Source: an uncultured Nitrososphaerales archaeon
GTDB taxonomy: Archaea; Thermoproteota; Nitrososphaeria; Nitrososphaerales; Nitrososphaeraceae
Direction of reading: 5' to 3'
Assembly: GCA_963695855.1 (NCBI GenBank)
Contig: CAVOHZ010000008.1
Coordinates: 448,001 to 512,000, forward strand
DNA length: 64,000 nt
The translations under genes and the position numbers were made by a program. This document shows positions 49,945 through 61,596 of the stretch, piece after piece. The notes under the pieces are model-generated. The model searched no databases and was not told the DNA's origin. It saw nothing but the letters and a program-made list of their open reading frames with translations. The stretch's first letter is position 1. Every line of letters begins with the position of its first letter.

Positions 49945-51213
49945 ATGGAATTGCCTAGTACCGGTATAGTAAAATATCACGTTAAATTAAGTTTCGAGGT
50001 TGATGGACTCGTAGAAAAAGCAGACATTATTGGAGCTATTTTTGGTCAGACCGAGGGTTTGCTTGGTCCAGAAATGAACCTGAATGAATTACAAAAGGTC
50101 TCTAAAGTTGGTAGAATAGAAGTAAATGTAGATACAAAGTCAAACATTGCAAATGGAGATGCATTAATCCCAATGAGTACGGACATTTCTACCGCAGCTC
50201 TCATCGCAGCAGCGATTGAAAGTATCGATAAAGTTGGTCCTTTTCAAGCTCATTTTATTTTGTCAGGGATCGATGATATTCGAGCGATAAAGAAAAAAGT
50301 TATTGTCGATCGTGCAAAAAAAATTGTACAAGAGTGGGCTACTAAGACTATCAGCGAGGGCGAAGAAATGTTAAAAGATGTTTATGACGCCAGCAAGCCT
50401 GGAAAACTTACTGCCTTTGGTAAGGCTCAACTTGCATGCGGTACTGGAGTTTTTAATTCCGAATGGATTATACTTGTAGAAGGAAGGGCAGATGTGATTA
50501 ACCTTCTTCGTGCGGGATTTGATAATGCTATTGCAATTGAAGGGGCAAAAATTGATGAAACTATAACCCATCTTACTGAAGGTAAAAAAGTAATTGCATT
50601 CCTTGATGGAGACCGGGCCGGTGATCTAATATTGAAGGAGTTACAGGGATTGGTTAGTGTCGATAAAGTTTACAGAGCTCCACAAGGAAGAGAAGTAGAA
50701 GAATGTACGCCTCTAGAGATATCAGAAATATTGGGTAATATCTTTGAAGAATCAAAAGAAGATACTTTCCCACATAAACAAACACCTTTTCCCCAAAAGA
50801 AATATCACAAAACCGAGAAAGAGAAACCTGTATTTCAACAATCTCCACAAAAAATCCCACAAAGCAATAACGTTGAATCTATATTGGTCCAAAGTAATAA
50901 TGCTATTAAATCTGATACAGGTCCAAATTCCATAATACGTGACATTTACTCGCAAATTAACGAAACACTTGAGGCCATTGTTCTTGATGGAACGATGAAC
51001 ACAATAATCAAAGTTCCTGTTTCTGAAATTGTAAAAAAACTAGATGACATTTCGGGAGGGAAGATCCTAATTCTTGATGGAATAGTGACTCAGAGATTGA
51101 TTGATGCCTCTGACAAAGCTGGAATAGAACAAATAGTAGGTCACAGATTGGCAGATATAAAACGGAACTCATCACTCAAAATTAACACATTCAGTGAAAT
51201 AGGATTACCATAA
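49945..51213 (+). CDS. dnaG: Archaeal DnaG (TOPRIM, exosome-associated)
   Basis: GAIFGQTEGLLG, VEGRADV, FLDGDRAG and DGIVTQRL motifs. Confidence 0.95.
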   Translation: MELPSTGIVKYHVKLSFEVDGLVEKADIIGAIFGQTEGLLGPEMNLNELQKVSKVGRIEVNVDTKSNIANGDALIPMSTDISTAALIAAAIESIDKVGPFQAHFILSGIDDIRAIKKKVIVDRAKKIVQEWATKTISEGEEMLKDVYDASKPGKLTAFGKAQLACGTGVFNSEWIILVEGRADVINLLRAGFDNAIAIEGAKIDETITHLTEGKKVIAFLDGDRAGDLILKELQGLVSVDKVYRAPQGREVEECTPLEISEILGNIFEESKEDTFPHKQTPFPQKKYHKTEKEKPVFQQSPQKIPQSNNVESILVQSNNAIKSDTGPNSIIRDIYSQINETLEAIVLDGTMNTIIKVPVSEIVKKLDDISGGKILILDGIVTQRLIDASDKAGIEQIVGHRLADIKRNSSLKINTFSEIGLP

Positions 51214-51221
51214 ACCTATTT

Positions 51222-51917
51222 ATGAAAGATACTAAGCTACAACATGTTGTAATACTTTCACAGCTCCTATTATGTGGGGCTAAGAATAATTTTGTGGAAA
51301 TTACTACAAATGAATTAGCAAAAAAAATTAATCGTTCTCAACAGTTAGCCTCAAAAGAGTTACTTTGTCTTGAATTGATGGGATTATTAGAAAGAAATCA
51401 ACATGGGAAAAAATTTAGTGTGAAGATAACTGAAAAAGGATTTCAAGAAGTTTATGAGCTATTTCTTTTTTTGAAGACAGCGGTTGAAACTTTTAAAAAT
51501 ACTCTCAATTTTGAAGGAGAAGTGGTTTCAGGAATGGGTGAAGGATCGTATTACATGTCATTATCTGGTTATAAACAAAGATTTAAAGAAAAACTAGGTT
51601 ACGAACCGTATCCTGGTACACTTAACATAAAGTTGAATTCAAAATTTTATGTTGATAGAAAAAAAGAGATATTGAAATTTCCATCTGTAGCTGTAGATGG
51701 ATTTAGTGATGAAACTCGAACGTATGGATGGGTAAAATGTTACCCAGCTTATCTAAATGAGAGCGAAAAACCAAATTGTGCAGTACTAATTTTGGAAAGA
51801 ACTCACTATGATGATACTATTATAGAAATAATAGCTCCATTTTCAATCAAAGAAGAATTTAATTTAAAAAACGGTGATCTAATTAAATTTAAAGTAAAAA
51901 CTGATAATTTATCTTGA
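51222..51917 (+). CDS. ribK: CTP-dependent riboflavin kinase with N-terminal wHTH (RbkR type)
   Basis: HTH with SQQ.AS motif; G.VVSGMGEG.YY, PYPGTLN and RTHY...IEIIAP motifs. Confidence 0.9.
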   Translation: MKDTKLQHVVILSQLLLCGAKNNFVEITTNELAKKINRSQQLASKELLCLELMGLLERNQHGKKFSVKITEKGFQEVYELFLFLKTAVETFKNTLNFEGEVVSGMGEGSYYMSLSGYKQRFKEKLGYEPYPGTLNIKLNSKFYVDRKKEILKFPSVAVDGFSDETRTYGWVKCYPAYLNESEKPNCAVLILERTHYDDTIIEIIAPFSIKEEFNLKNGDLIKFKVKTDNLS

Positions 51918-51931
51918 TATCTTAATTCTCA

Positions 51932-52564
51932 TCATAGATCATAAACTGCATCCCCTAGCTCTTTTTTTATTTCGGAACTCTTAGTTTTTGGGATTGGTGT
52001 ATTCAATCTTATGACTCTTGCGTCAATATTTCTTTTTTTGCAATTTTCAGAAATATATTTTTCTGTATGTGTCTGATCATAACCTAAAGCAATAATATCG
52101 GGTCTTACATATTCAACACTATCAAATAAAGTGCCTTTCCTTCCTATCAATGCTAGATCTACAAAACTTAAGGCTGAGACCATTTCTTTTCTTAATTCCT
52201 CATTATGGTATATTACACGATTTTTTTTTATTTTAGTTGCAGTAGATGTTGTTGCAATTATTACTACCAGGACATCTCCATATGATTTAGCTGACTTCAG
52301 TGTCGATATGTGACCAGGATGTAATATGTCAAATACCCCTCCTACTAGCACTACCGTTAAGGTTTCTCTTCCTAACGTGCTCAATCTAAAATTATTGTCT
52401 TTATATTTTTCAATTAATCCAATTTTAGTCAACTCCAATATTCGTGGATAAAAAAATTTTTTATCTAATTGATATCTATCTTGCAGACGCTGTAAAAATT
52501 CCATCCCCTTGTCTAAATTGCTTACGTATAGAGAACCAAGTATTATTTTGTCTAGCGACTTCAA
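51932..52564 (-). CDS. ribL: FAD synthase (RibL-type cytidylyltransferase) with N-terminal wHTH-like extension
   Basis: GGVFDILHPGH and PDIIALGYDQ motifs; convergent with ribK. Confidence 0.8.
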   Translation of the reverse strand: MKSLDKIILGSLYVSNLDKGMEFLQRLQDRYQLDKKFFYPRILELTKIGLIEKYKDNNFRLSTLGRETLTVVLVGGVFDILHPGHISTLKSAKSYGDVLVVIIATTSTATKIKKNRVIYHNEELRKEMVSALSFVDLALIGRKGTLFDSVEYVRPDIIALGYDQTHTEKYISENCKKRNIDARVIRLNTPIPKTKSSEIKKELGDAVYDL

Positions 52565-52811
52565 TTCGATCCCAAAATATTTTTTATTGTAGTGTCTCTA
52601 ATGTTATATATTTGTTTGATCCATACAAATTTTTGAAAATTCCTTTTACAATAATATATTTGAAAATTCAACTATGATGATATTTCCTTTTCAGAAGCAA
52701 TTCAATAAAGATACTAAATTAGATAATCATATTTTTAATTTTTAGCATTTGAGTCATACCTCATACCTTCCTCATAATCCTTTTATTAGGTTATGAGTAA
52801 ATATTGTTCGA

Positions 52812-53027
52812 TTGACGAAATTTTGTCCTGAGTGTGGTGGAGAATTGAAATTGGAACCATCTACAAAGAATTTTATTTGTAGAAGTTGTGGACTCTATGC
52901 CTCTCGTGAAAAAATGGATGAATTACGAGACAAATCTGAAATCAACTATCAAGACCCTAAAAAAAGAATCCATGATGATTATCTTGATTGGTGGCAATCT
53001 TCAAAAAAAGAAAAGCAAAAAAATTAA
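52812..53027 (+). CDS. Small Zn-ribbon protein
   Basis: CPECGG...CRSCG and DYLDWW motifs. Confidence 0.8.
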   Translation: MTKFCPECGGELKLEPSTKNFICRSCGLYASREKMDELRDKSEINYQDPKKRIHDDYLDWWQSSKKEKQKN

Positions 53028-53035
53028 TATTTTTT

Positions 53036-53536
53036 TCAAAAAAAATCTTTGGATTTTTCAGATATTTCAGTTCGTAAGGAGACCATTTGTTCTTCCTTTC
53101 TGGTTCTCAAGACTGTCATTAATTCAATTTCTTTAACTTCCGTTATCGATAAAATTTTATTCACTATAATATCTCTCATATTCTCTAAACTTTTTGAACG
53201 AATTTTTACTAGTAAGTCGAATTTATCATAAATCTCATGTATTTCTAAAATCTGTTCGATTTCTTCTAATATTGCAACGGCTTGATCAGTTTTTCCATTT
53301 TCCAATTTTACCATTATAAAAGCCAAATGATCATATCCTATCAAATTATTGTCGATGATGACAGAAAATTTCTTTATTATTCCAGTAGATATCATCTTTT
53401 TAACCCTCGTATGTACGGTCGCATCAGAAATCCCGATCTGTTTTGCCAATTCGACGAATGGCAGCGAAGAATTATTACTTAGTACGTCTATTATTTTATA
53501 ATTAATATAATCTAGAATATTTTGTTTAAAACTCAT
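53036..53536 (-). CDS. Lrp/AsnC family transcriptional regulator
   Basis: LAKQIGISDATVHTRVKKM HTH plus AsnC domain. Confidence 0.9.
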   Translation of the reverse strand: MSFKQNILDYINYKIIDVLSNNSSLPFVELAKQIGISDATVHTRVKKMISTGIIKKFSVIIDNNLIGYDHLAFIMVKLENGKTDQAVAILEEIEQILEIHEIYDKFDLLVKIRSKSLENMRDIIVNKILSITEVKEIELMTVLRTRKEEQMVSLRTEISEKSKDFF

Positions 53537-54147
53537 AAGCTAGATCTAATCTTATATTATATTAGTTTTAATATGTCTAATATTTCTAATTTATAGGAAC
53601 TTAATTATTTTTTTTGCATATTTCGATACTACATACAATTAATTACTTTCATATTTTTCAGAAAATATCAAATTTCTTGCTAAAAATGATTATTCTTTGA
53701 ATATTCAAAGGACTTTATCTGCTTCTTTCATAAATATGTGGATACAACCTTAAAAAAATTGATTAATATTATTTATATGATAAATTACATTTTCCCTAGT
53801 TTCTTTCAAAGGTTTTGAAATGATGAAATGTTATCATCTCATCTCCACTCATCTCATATTATTTCCTTTTATTCTTCTCTCCTTTTTATTTTTATTAACA
53901 TAATCAATGAACAATTCTATCAATAAATGGGAGATAATACTGCAAACATATCCATAGCAACTATAAGGAAATGAGACTGATATGGCATGCTGCTTATTAT
54001 ACACCGGTTCAGTAAAGATTTTAGTAGAGCCGAAATCCCTAGCATATGCTGGTCTGTTATTGGGATGATAATAGATGAGGAGAAGACATGTATTAAGCAG
54101 TTACATAACAATAATAATGACTATTATTCACTAATTTCAGTGATATA

Positions 54148-55080
54148 ATGTCACAGCCTGTTTGTTCAAAATGTTATAATAAAAATAGTATCTACTTTAG
54201 ACCATATTCTGGTGAATATTTATGCAAGTCATGTTTTATTTTCTCAATAGAAGAAAAAACATCGAGAACAATATCGAAATTTTCTATGATGCGGTATGGT
54301 GATAGAATTGCCGTTGGTGTTTCGGGTGGAAAAGATAGTCTATCTCTTTTATCTATAATGAAAAAGATCACTGAAAGAAAAAACATCAAGGACTTGGTTG
54401 CTATAACAATAGACGAAGGAATATCCGGATACAGGGAGGAATCTTTAACCTTGGTCAAGGATTTTTGTGCAAAGTTAAATATAAAAAATGAAATTTTTGG
54501 TTATAAGGATTTATTTGGCATGAATATGGATAATGCTATCTCATCACGTCCTTCTGAAAAGATGACCTCTTGTTCTATTTGTGGTACCTTTAGACGAAGA
54601 GCTATTGATATTGCAGCTCAAAATTTAGGGATGAATGTTATAGCTACGGGACATAATTTAGACGATCAACTTCAATCGTTCTTAATTAATATTATTTCAG
54701 GAGATGTGAATAGAATAGGATGGATATATCCTGAACCAATTCAGTATGGATTTCATCATCTCAAGAAAATAAAACCATTCATAGAAATCTATGAAAGAGA
54801 AATCGTTTTCTATGCACTTCAACAAAACATTCCATTCCAATCTGAGCAATGTCCATACATGAACGAAAGTATTAGAAGTGATATGAGAAATTTCTTTAAT
54901 TCACTTGAAGAACAAAGACCTGGCATCAAATATAATACCTATAAATCTCTCCTGAAAATATCCAAGACGTTAAATTCCTCTAACGATTCTCTTAGTAATA
55001 AATGTAGTACTTGTGGACATGAATCTACAAATGGTATTTGCTCTGTTTGTAAGAATCTTATGATTTTGAGATCTGATTAA
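54148..55080 (+). CDS. tRNA 2-thiolation protein (TtuA/NcsA family)
   Basis: N- and C-terminal Zn fingers, PP-loop SGGKDS, CSICG..RR and TGHNLDD motifs. Confidence 0.9.
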   Translation: MSQPVCSKCYNKNSIYFRPYSGEYLCKSCFIFSIEEKTSRTISKFSMMRYGDRIAVGVSGGKDSLSLLSIMKKITERKNIKDLVAITIDEGISGYREESLTLVKDFCAKLNIKNEIFGYKDLFGMNMDNAISSRPSEKMTSCSICGTFRRRAIDIAAQNLGMNVIATGHNLDDQLQSFLINIISGDVNRIGWIYPEPIQYGFHHLKKIKPFIEIYEREIVFYALQQNIPFQSEQCPYMNESIRSDMRNFFNSLEEQRPGIKYNTYKSLLKISKTLNSSNDSLSNKCSTCGHESTNGICSVCKNLMILRSD

Positions 55081-55115
55081 TAAACAAATATAATATAATA
55101 TCTTCAAATAGATGG

Positions 55116-55436
55116 TGCGGAGGCAGGGAGGACTAGGGTGTTAGCCGTACCCTTCTCTGGAAATCGGCTTTATGCTAGGGTCAGTAACTGTTGGGTAAAT
55201 CCTTGGGGAGTAGTTTCCTGCATATCGGGTTGAAATGAAATTACGCCGAATCGGATGGGTATGAGCAGCAAGCTATACGAAGGCATGGCTTTGACTGTTA
55301 ATCCTCGAAATGGGTGAGGTCCGGGAGGGAGCAACCCTAAGGTGACGTATCCGTGCTGGTTCGTCTACGTGGTAGATCATACAAGGTGTGAGATTGGGAT
55401 TATTTCCTAAGGTGGTACCAATGGGCTGCCTTCGCA
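55116..55436 (+). ncRNA. Archaeal SRP (7S) RNA
   Basis: GC-rich ~320 nt; terminal helix tgcggaggcag/ctgccttcgca; helix-8 motif aggtccgggagggagcaaccct. Confidence 0.85.
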
Positions 55437-55467
55437 AATAACTTCGCAAATAACTTCGCAAATAACT
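55430..55467 (+). repeat. Tandem repeat (cttcgcaaataa) x3 overlapping the SRP RNA 3' end
   Basis: Perfect 12-bp units at 55430, 55442 and 55454, followed by ct. Confidence 0.95.
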
Positions 55468-55488
55468 ATGTGTTTATTTTAGGACTAT

Positions 55489-56493
55489 TCATAACCAGTG
55501 ACGAATTTGCAAAAAATCATCCATTGGTTCATGTTTTAAAATTTTTATCAAAGCCTCTGCTTGAGGAACTGAAAGTACAGGTTTGCTGAAATGGTTATCA
55601 GTAGCGATTCTAGGACATGCTACTTGAATATATGCATCTATACCTTTGAAATTTCTTAATCTTTCTTCAGTTATTTCAGTAATAGCAATGAGGTGGATTT
55701 CTTTCCCGAGATCTTCAAAAACTTTTTTTAGTTTCAATGCTTTGATTTTTGCAAATTGTCCCTCTTTCAAACCAATGATTATTCCTATTTTCTCCGCATC
55801 CTGTGCTTTGTATACCGACAATATTGCTTTTTTTTCTAATTTTCTTGCATAATCATTGACCTCTTTATATTCATTAAAATAGGGATCTAGCATTATTGTT
55901 GGTTTTTCAGTTGACATCGCTATACTTGCAGCATGAAACATACTTTGACCTAGAAATACATACGCATCTATCTGGTTTTTTACATCATATGCCGGATAAA
56001 ATTCACATCCAAAAACTTGCGCATTATTAAGCTGCCCTTTTCCTTGACCAATAATCACGTTCAAGCCAGATTGTTCCAATATCTTCCTAACAGATTCGAT
56101 TTGCTCTAGGTGTTGACTATCAGTAACCAATCCTATCGATCTAATCTTTTGATTATCGACTTCACTAGCAAATTTTTTCGCAACCGCGTCGAATTCTATA
56201 TCGTCGAACGCATTAATCATTATTACCTTGTTACCAAACATTTCGAGCGAAACAGTGTGTCCAATGTTAAATAATAAATCTGCTCCCAGCATATCTGCCG
56301 CATGAGTGTTTAGATCACAAGATCCCCAACACGCATCGCCTATTACGTATGCGGGGATTGAATAAATTTCCATAATTTTTTTTGCTGTTTCTTGAATTTT
56401 CGGGAAAAGAGCTTCAGGACCATTTAGAGCTACTGAAGAAGGTTTCCTTTTGCTAATTACCTCTAAAATCTTGTCTTCGTCTATTAGAATCAT
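55489..56493 (-). CDS. dph2: Diphthamide biosynthesis enzyme Dph2
   Basis: CWGSCD, QVFGC, FHA and ACPRI motifs. Confidence 0.92.
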   Translation of the reverse strand: MILIDEDKILEVISKRKPSSVALNGPEALFPKIQETAKKIMEIYSIPAYVIGDACWGSCDLNTHAADMLGADLLFNIGHTVSLEMFGNKVIMINAFDDIEFDAVAKKFASEVDNQKIRSIGLVTDSQHLEQIESVRKILEQSGLNVIIGQGKGQLNNAQVFGCEFYPAYDVKNQIDAYVFLGQSMFHAASIAMSTEKPTIMLDPYFNEYKEVNDYARKLEKKAILSVYKAQDAEKIGIIIGLKEGQFAKIKALKLKKVFEDLGKEIHLIAITEITEERLRNFKGIDAYIQVACPRIATDNHFSKPVLSVPQAEALIKILKHEPMDDFLQIRHWL

Positions 56494-56637
56494 CTTGTTT
56501 ATTCAATTAAACTTGGATATTGCCTCAAATATTACTTTTCATCTCTGGATCGGAAGAATTAGTTCTGAAATGTTGTTATATTTTAATGTAGATTTAAAGA
56601 ATAATATTGTATATCGTTATGTAATTGCTATTGTTGT

Positions 56638-57483
56638 TTGGGAATTAAAGAAGAAAAGAAAGTGAAAATCATGGGAATAATAAATTCCAGTCCAGAGTCA
56701 TTTTATAAAGCTTCAATCAGGACTAAAAGCATTGATGTCTCCTCCTTTGCAAAAAAAATAGAAGCAGAAGGGGCAGATTTGCTAGATGTAGGAGGGATGT
56801 CTACTGCTCCTTATCTAGATACATTCATTTCTCCAGAAAAGGAAATCCAGAGATTAAGAATAGCTATCAAAGCTATAAAAAGAGCAACCAGTATTCCAGT
56901 CTCAGTTGATACACCAAGGGCAGACGTAGCAGAAGAGGCAATTCATTTTGGAGCTGATATGGTAAACGATGTTTGCGGTCTAAAATATGATGATAAGATG
57001 GGTGAAACTGTTGCAAAATATGGCGTCAAGATAATTTTGGGAGCTTATGAGAAAAACCACCGTAGAATTTCTCAAAATGGGGGTATTTCTTACACGAAGC
57101 GATTGTTATATGACAGTATCAGGACAGCCAAAGAATCAGGGGTAAACAACGAAAATATTATAATAGATCCTTCTATCGGTTTTTTCCGCCAACAAGGCAA
57201 TAATCCTTTTTTTACCAAAATCAAAATTCCATGGTACCTGAGAGATCTTAATATCATTTCTAATTTACACAATTTAACTAAAATAGGCAATCCTCTGTGC
57301 ATCTCTATATCTAGGAAGTCATTCTTAGGTGAATTGTTGAAATTGAAATCTGGAGAAAGGCTTGCTCCTTCTTTGATTCTAGAAGCGATTAGCGTTTTGA
57401 AGGGTGCAAGTATTATTAGAACTCATAATGTCAGGGATACATTTCAGATGCTTTTGACTCTAAACCGTTTTGATCGAATCTGA
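56638..57483 (+). CDS. folP: Dihydropteroate synthase
   Basis: MGIIN.SPESF, DVGG.STAP, SVDT, NDV, IDPSIGF, SRKSF and IIRTHNV motifs. Confidence 0.88.
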   Translation: MGIKEEKKVKIMGIINSSPESFYKASIRTKSIDVSSFAKKIEAEGADLLDVGGMSTAPYLDTFISPEKEIQRLRIAIKAIKRATSIPVSVDTPRADVAEEAIHFGADMVNDVCGLKYDDKMGETVAKYGVKIILGAYEKNHRRISQNGGISYTKRLLYDSIRTAKESGVNNENIIIDPSIGFFRQQGNNPFFTKIKIPWYLRDLNIISNLHNLTKIGNPLCISISRKSFLGELLKLKSGERLAPSLILEAISVLKGASIIRTHNVRDTFQMLLTLNRFDRI

Positions 57484-57614
57484 ATTTAAGGTTTTTAATC
57501 GTCAGCTATCAGTATGTGAATAACACTTTTATACTCATCAATTATAGATTGTCAAAGATTTTCGAAGTTCAAAACGCTTATAATCCTTCTTTGAATTTAT
57601 AATATAAAGAAGTA

Positions 57615-59048
57615 TTGAATATCAAAGAAGGACTTACTTTTGATGACGTATTATTAGTACCCAAACATTCTTCAATTGTGTCACGATCCCAAACCAGCTT
57701 GAAAACTCGGTTATCGAGAAATATTAAGTTGAATATTCCAATCATTAGTGCAAATATGGATACAGTAACTGAATCATCTATGGCTATAGCCCTTGCAAGA
57801 GAAGGTGGAATAGGTATAATTCACAGATTTATGACCATTCAAGATCAGGTGGACGAGGTATTACGGGTTAAAAGATCGGAATCAGTGATGATAGAACAAC
57901 CTTATACAATCCCGATAGATTCAACTATAAAACAAGCAAAAAAAATGATGCAGGGTTACGGTGTATCGGGTTTACTGGTAGAAAAAGATAAAAAACTCGT
58001 TGGAATTGTTACAGAGAGAGATATTTTATTTGAAAAGAATTTTGAAAATAACGTATCTGAGGTAATGAGCAAAGATGTGGTTTTTGCGGAGTCGGGTACT
58101 ACCATCGATGAGGCAAAAGAAATACTCCATAAAAATAAGATTGAAAAATTACCTATTATAGACAAAGATAAACAGATAGTTGGACTGATTACAAGTAAGG
58201 ATATCCTAAAAATGGAACAATATCCAAATGCATCTAAAGATAAAAAAGGTCACTTAATGGCTGGTGCCGCGGTTGGTGTAAAGGGTGATTATCTAGAAAG
58301 AACTGAAGCATTATTGGAAGCAGGTGCAGACGTTATTGTTGTTGATATAGCTCATGGTCATAGTGAGAACGCCATTAACTGTGTTCGTCAAATAAAAAAG
58401 GCCTTTAAAAATTGTGAATTGATAGCAGGGAATGTTGCTACTGGTAATGGAGCAGAAGATCTGATAAAGGCTGGAGTTGATGCAGTTAAAGTTGGAGTGG
58501 GGTCAGGGTCCATATGTATAACTAGGGTAATAACAGGTTCAGGTGTTCCACAATTGACGGCAATTGTTGATAGTGTTCAAACCGCCAACAATTATGATGT
58601 CCCTGTAATTTCTGATGGCGGAATAAGAAATTCTGGAGATGTAACCAAGGCTCTTGCTGCGGGTTCATCGTCAATAATGATTGGCAGTCTACTGGGAGGA
58701 ACAGATGAAAGCCCAGGAAAAACTCTCGTTAAAAATGGGAAAAAATATAAAATTTATAGAGGTATGGCTTCCTTTTACGCCTCATTAGGTAGGAGATACA
58801 GAGAGGAAGGAGCACAAGTGGTCGATTCTGATGATCTAAACGATTATGTTCCAGAAGGAGTAGAAGCCATGGTTCCATACAAAGGCAGTGTGGTTGAAAT
58901 AGTACGTCAATTGGTCGGAGGATTGAGATCTGGATTAAGCTATTGTGGTGCAAAGAACATATCTGAAATGCAGAAAAATGCTGAATTTATTAGAATTACA
59001 TCAGCGGGATATATTGAGAGTCAACCCCACGATGTTTCTTTAATGTAA
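57615..59048 (+). CDS. guaB: IMP dehydrogenase
   Basis: [12 protein letters not shown] pair, [12 protein letters not shown] and YRGMAS motifs. Confidence 0.96.
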   Translation: MNIKEGLTFDDVLLVPKHSSIVSRSQTSLKTRLSRNIKLNIPIISANMDTVTESSMAIALAREGGIGIIHRFMTIQDQVDEVLRVKRSESVMIEQPYTIPIDSTIKQAKKMMQGYGVSGLLVEKDKKLVGIVTERDILFEKNFENNVSEVMSKDVVFAESGTTIDEAKEILHKNKIEKLPIIDKDKQIVGLITSKDILKMEQYPNASKDKKGHLMAGAAVGVKGDYLERTEALLEAGADVIVVDIAHGHSENAINCVRQIKKAFKNCELIAGNVATGNGAEDLIKAGVDAVKVGVGSGSICITRVITGSGVPQLTAIVDSVQTANNYDVPVISDGGIRNSGDVTKALAAGSSSIMIGSLLGGTDESPGKTLVKNGKKYKIYRGMASFYASLGRRYREEGAQVVDSDDLNDYVPEGVEAMVPYKGSVVEIVRQLVGGLRSGLSYCGAKNISEMQKNAEFIRITSAGYIESQPHDVSLM

Positions 59049-59269
59049 TTTTTAACTTTCTTTGTGTTAGTTTAAGGACATAAAAGAGACTTGGCCAGTT
59101 TTAAAAAAATCGTTTTAATACTTTCTGTTTATTATTGTGTTATCTGTTAGAATTATTAAAGCAAATAAGATTATTAGAATATATTTCAATCTTCTAAAGG
59201 TATTTGGAATAAGTTCATTCTTGAAAAGAATCTATTAAATTATATACTGTTTTTATTTTATACAGGTCA

Positions 59270-59494
59270 TTGTCAATTGATGTAACCATCCAAGTTTTGA
59301 AGGAAAATGTTGGAAAAAGAATAATGATCAAATTAAAAGGAGATAAAATTGTTAAGGGTGTATTGGAAAAATTTGATCAGCATATGAATCTAATTTTGAG
59401 TGATGCAACAGAATATAAAAATAATCAAGCAACAACTCTCGGAAACATGTTGTTAAAGGGAGATAATATAATAATAATTTCTCCTCAAGAATAA
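59270..59494 (+). CDS. Sm-like archaeal protein (Lsm/SmAP)
   Basis: G.L..FDQHMNL.L and KGDNII.ISP Sm motifs. Confidence 0.92.
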   Translation: MSIDVTIQVLKENVGKRIMIKLKGDKIVKGVLEKFDQHMNLILSDATEYKNNQATTLGNMLLKGDNIIIISPQE

Positions 59495-60805
59495 AACCTT
59501 TTATTTTTTGTTCAAGTTATTTTAAAAGTATCATCTTGAAAAAATTGTTCTATAAACTAATCATACAAGATAAATCAAGACACGATAGTTCTTTAATATC
59601 TTTTTAAATAATTTGCTAAGTTGGATTCACTCCATGAATGATTTTGTTAATATCTCTGTACAAATATATATACTATATTTTTACAGATTTGTTTTTTTCT
59701 TGTCATGGAGATGAAATAATAATAGTCATGATTTTTAATTAATTCTGCTTTGCTTTATTCTAGTATCTTTTCTTATTTTCTTTTATTTAATTCTCGCCAC
59801 TATACCACCAAGATTCATACTGTAGAAATACTGAAATATTTTTCAAGAACTGTGTTTGTGCATTAATGTATTATTGATAATAAAAAATTTAACTTTTTAG
59901 AACAAAAAAGATTTTGTCTTCATATGAGAAATTGCTTGTTGGAAGGTGTCGCCTGACACGCTAAGCTGTATAGGAAGTTACTTGTATTATTTTATTTATA
60001 TTGTTGATATGATTTTTCAGAATTGTTTTAGGAAATTAATTCATCTTTATTATTAATATAATTATTTAGATTATAATTAATGACTATCGTTTTATAAGCT
60101 ATATGTGTACGTTTTATACAATATAATTGAATAATACAATTCGACTATGAATAAAAATCGAAAAATGATAAATACGATTCTACTGTTTATTGGAATTGCA
60201 AGGGCAACAGTCACTTATTTGAATGTAAGTGTATGAGTCAAGTTCTCGTCCAAACTTCGGAAGTCCATTACCTGGATCGATACCTTAATTGCAAATTATG
60301 TATTAATACATGCTTAAAATAGAATCCGATCATAAATCTCTTTTATATTCCTTCTTTCATAAGAGATTAAATTACTCGAAATCAAGTCGACGTATAGGAA
60401 TGTGTTGTAAGTCCATTACGCAAAACATCCAAATATTAAAGATATATTATTTTTAATATCTCGAAACATAATTTCTAACTTTTTAGGTGAACATTGAATT
60501 ATTCTATATTAATAGGTACTTAGACACTTTACACAAGTCGAATCAACAAATTAAATAATCATAAGAAATTCTATAAATTTAATCTCGTTCAATGTTTTTA
60601 TATATAATATACTCTAAGATTATGTCTTATTCTGATTTTGACTTAAATATTGAAATGAACTTGATATTTTAGCACTTAAATACTTCCAATTTTTATTAAA
60701 AAACTTTAAAGCTATACTACTAATTTATAAAGCAATCTGAAATCCTATATGTCTTATCTTTTTTAAATTTCCTATAAAATAAATAATCCGAATATTCTAT
60801 TAATT

Positions 60806-61030
60806 TTGTTGTTTAATACTTTACCAAGGCCGGCAAAGATCGGCGTTATAATCCTCCTAGGTGGTGTTGGAGTTTTGGCAGTCGGGACAACAATGATGAG
60901 TGAGTCTTTTTCATATTATGGATTACTTATTATTATTACTGGACTTTTCATTTATCTTGCATATAGTTATAGCTTTATGGGAAGATCAAGATATCAGATG
61001 GATGAAGGAAAGAAGAAAAGAAAAAGGTAA
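60806..61030 (+). CDS. Small two-TM membrane protein with basic tail
   Basis: Two hydrophobic segments and a KKKRKR C-terminus. Confidence 0.6.
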   Translation: MLFNTLPRPAKIGVIILLGGVGVLAVGTTMMSESFSYYGLLIIITGLFIYLAYSYSFMGRSRYQMDEGKKKRKR

Positions 61031-61596
61031 CCAGGATTTAATACTCTTAATTAATAGCTTGGTATTATATTTGTCAGAGACTGAAACACTTTTTTAGGCC
61101 CTTTTTTTTTGTCTTCCATAGTTTCTAAAATTCTTACAAATTGCATTTAATTCAATTCTTTTTAGAGCTATGGATAAAGATATTTCTATTCATCATATTC
61201 TACGATTATATTATTTATCAAATCAAATACCGGTTCAGTTATAGTTTTGCAGATACTCAGGATATTGAGTTCGATTGCACGTTGACCATAGTAGATATTA
61301 TTTTAATATACAAGTCGAATTCATTCAATTACCAATTTTTGATTGATTAACAAAGAAATCTTTTAGCTATAACTTGTACAAATTTCGATTTGTTTAATTA
61401 GTCATCTATAAATGAAGTTTTTACAATATATTTCTAATTGTTAAACTAGATTTATTTTATTAGTAAATTAGTAAATTGATTACATAATTACTCTAGAATT
61501 TAATATAATTATATTATGTGATCTTTTTCTGAAAAAAGCTGTAAAATTCTTTTAAAACGCAGTTATTTTATGTTATAAAAGAAGGCAATAGAAAAA

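Noticed and set aside
53920-54111. 63-aa ORF in a slightly less AT-rich patch upstream of the tRNA thiolase gene
   Set aside because: No motif or convincing frame on either strand
55273-55461. 62-aa minus-strand ORF starting MRSYLRSYLRR
   Set aside because: Antisense to the SRP RNA; its repeat is just the 12-bp tandem repeat
55430-55467. Possible CRISPR array
   Set aside because: Units are contiguous 12-mers with no spacers, and there are no cas genes in the window
59940-59975. Small GC hairpin gtgtc-gcct-gacac in an AT-rich intergenic region
   Set aside because: A 5-bp stem alone is insufficient to call an RNA gene; no tRNA or C/D-box pattern seen
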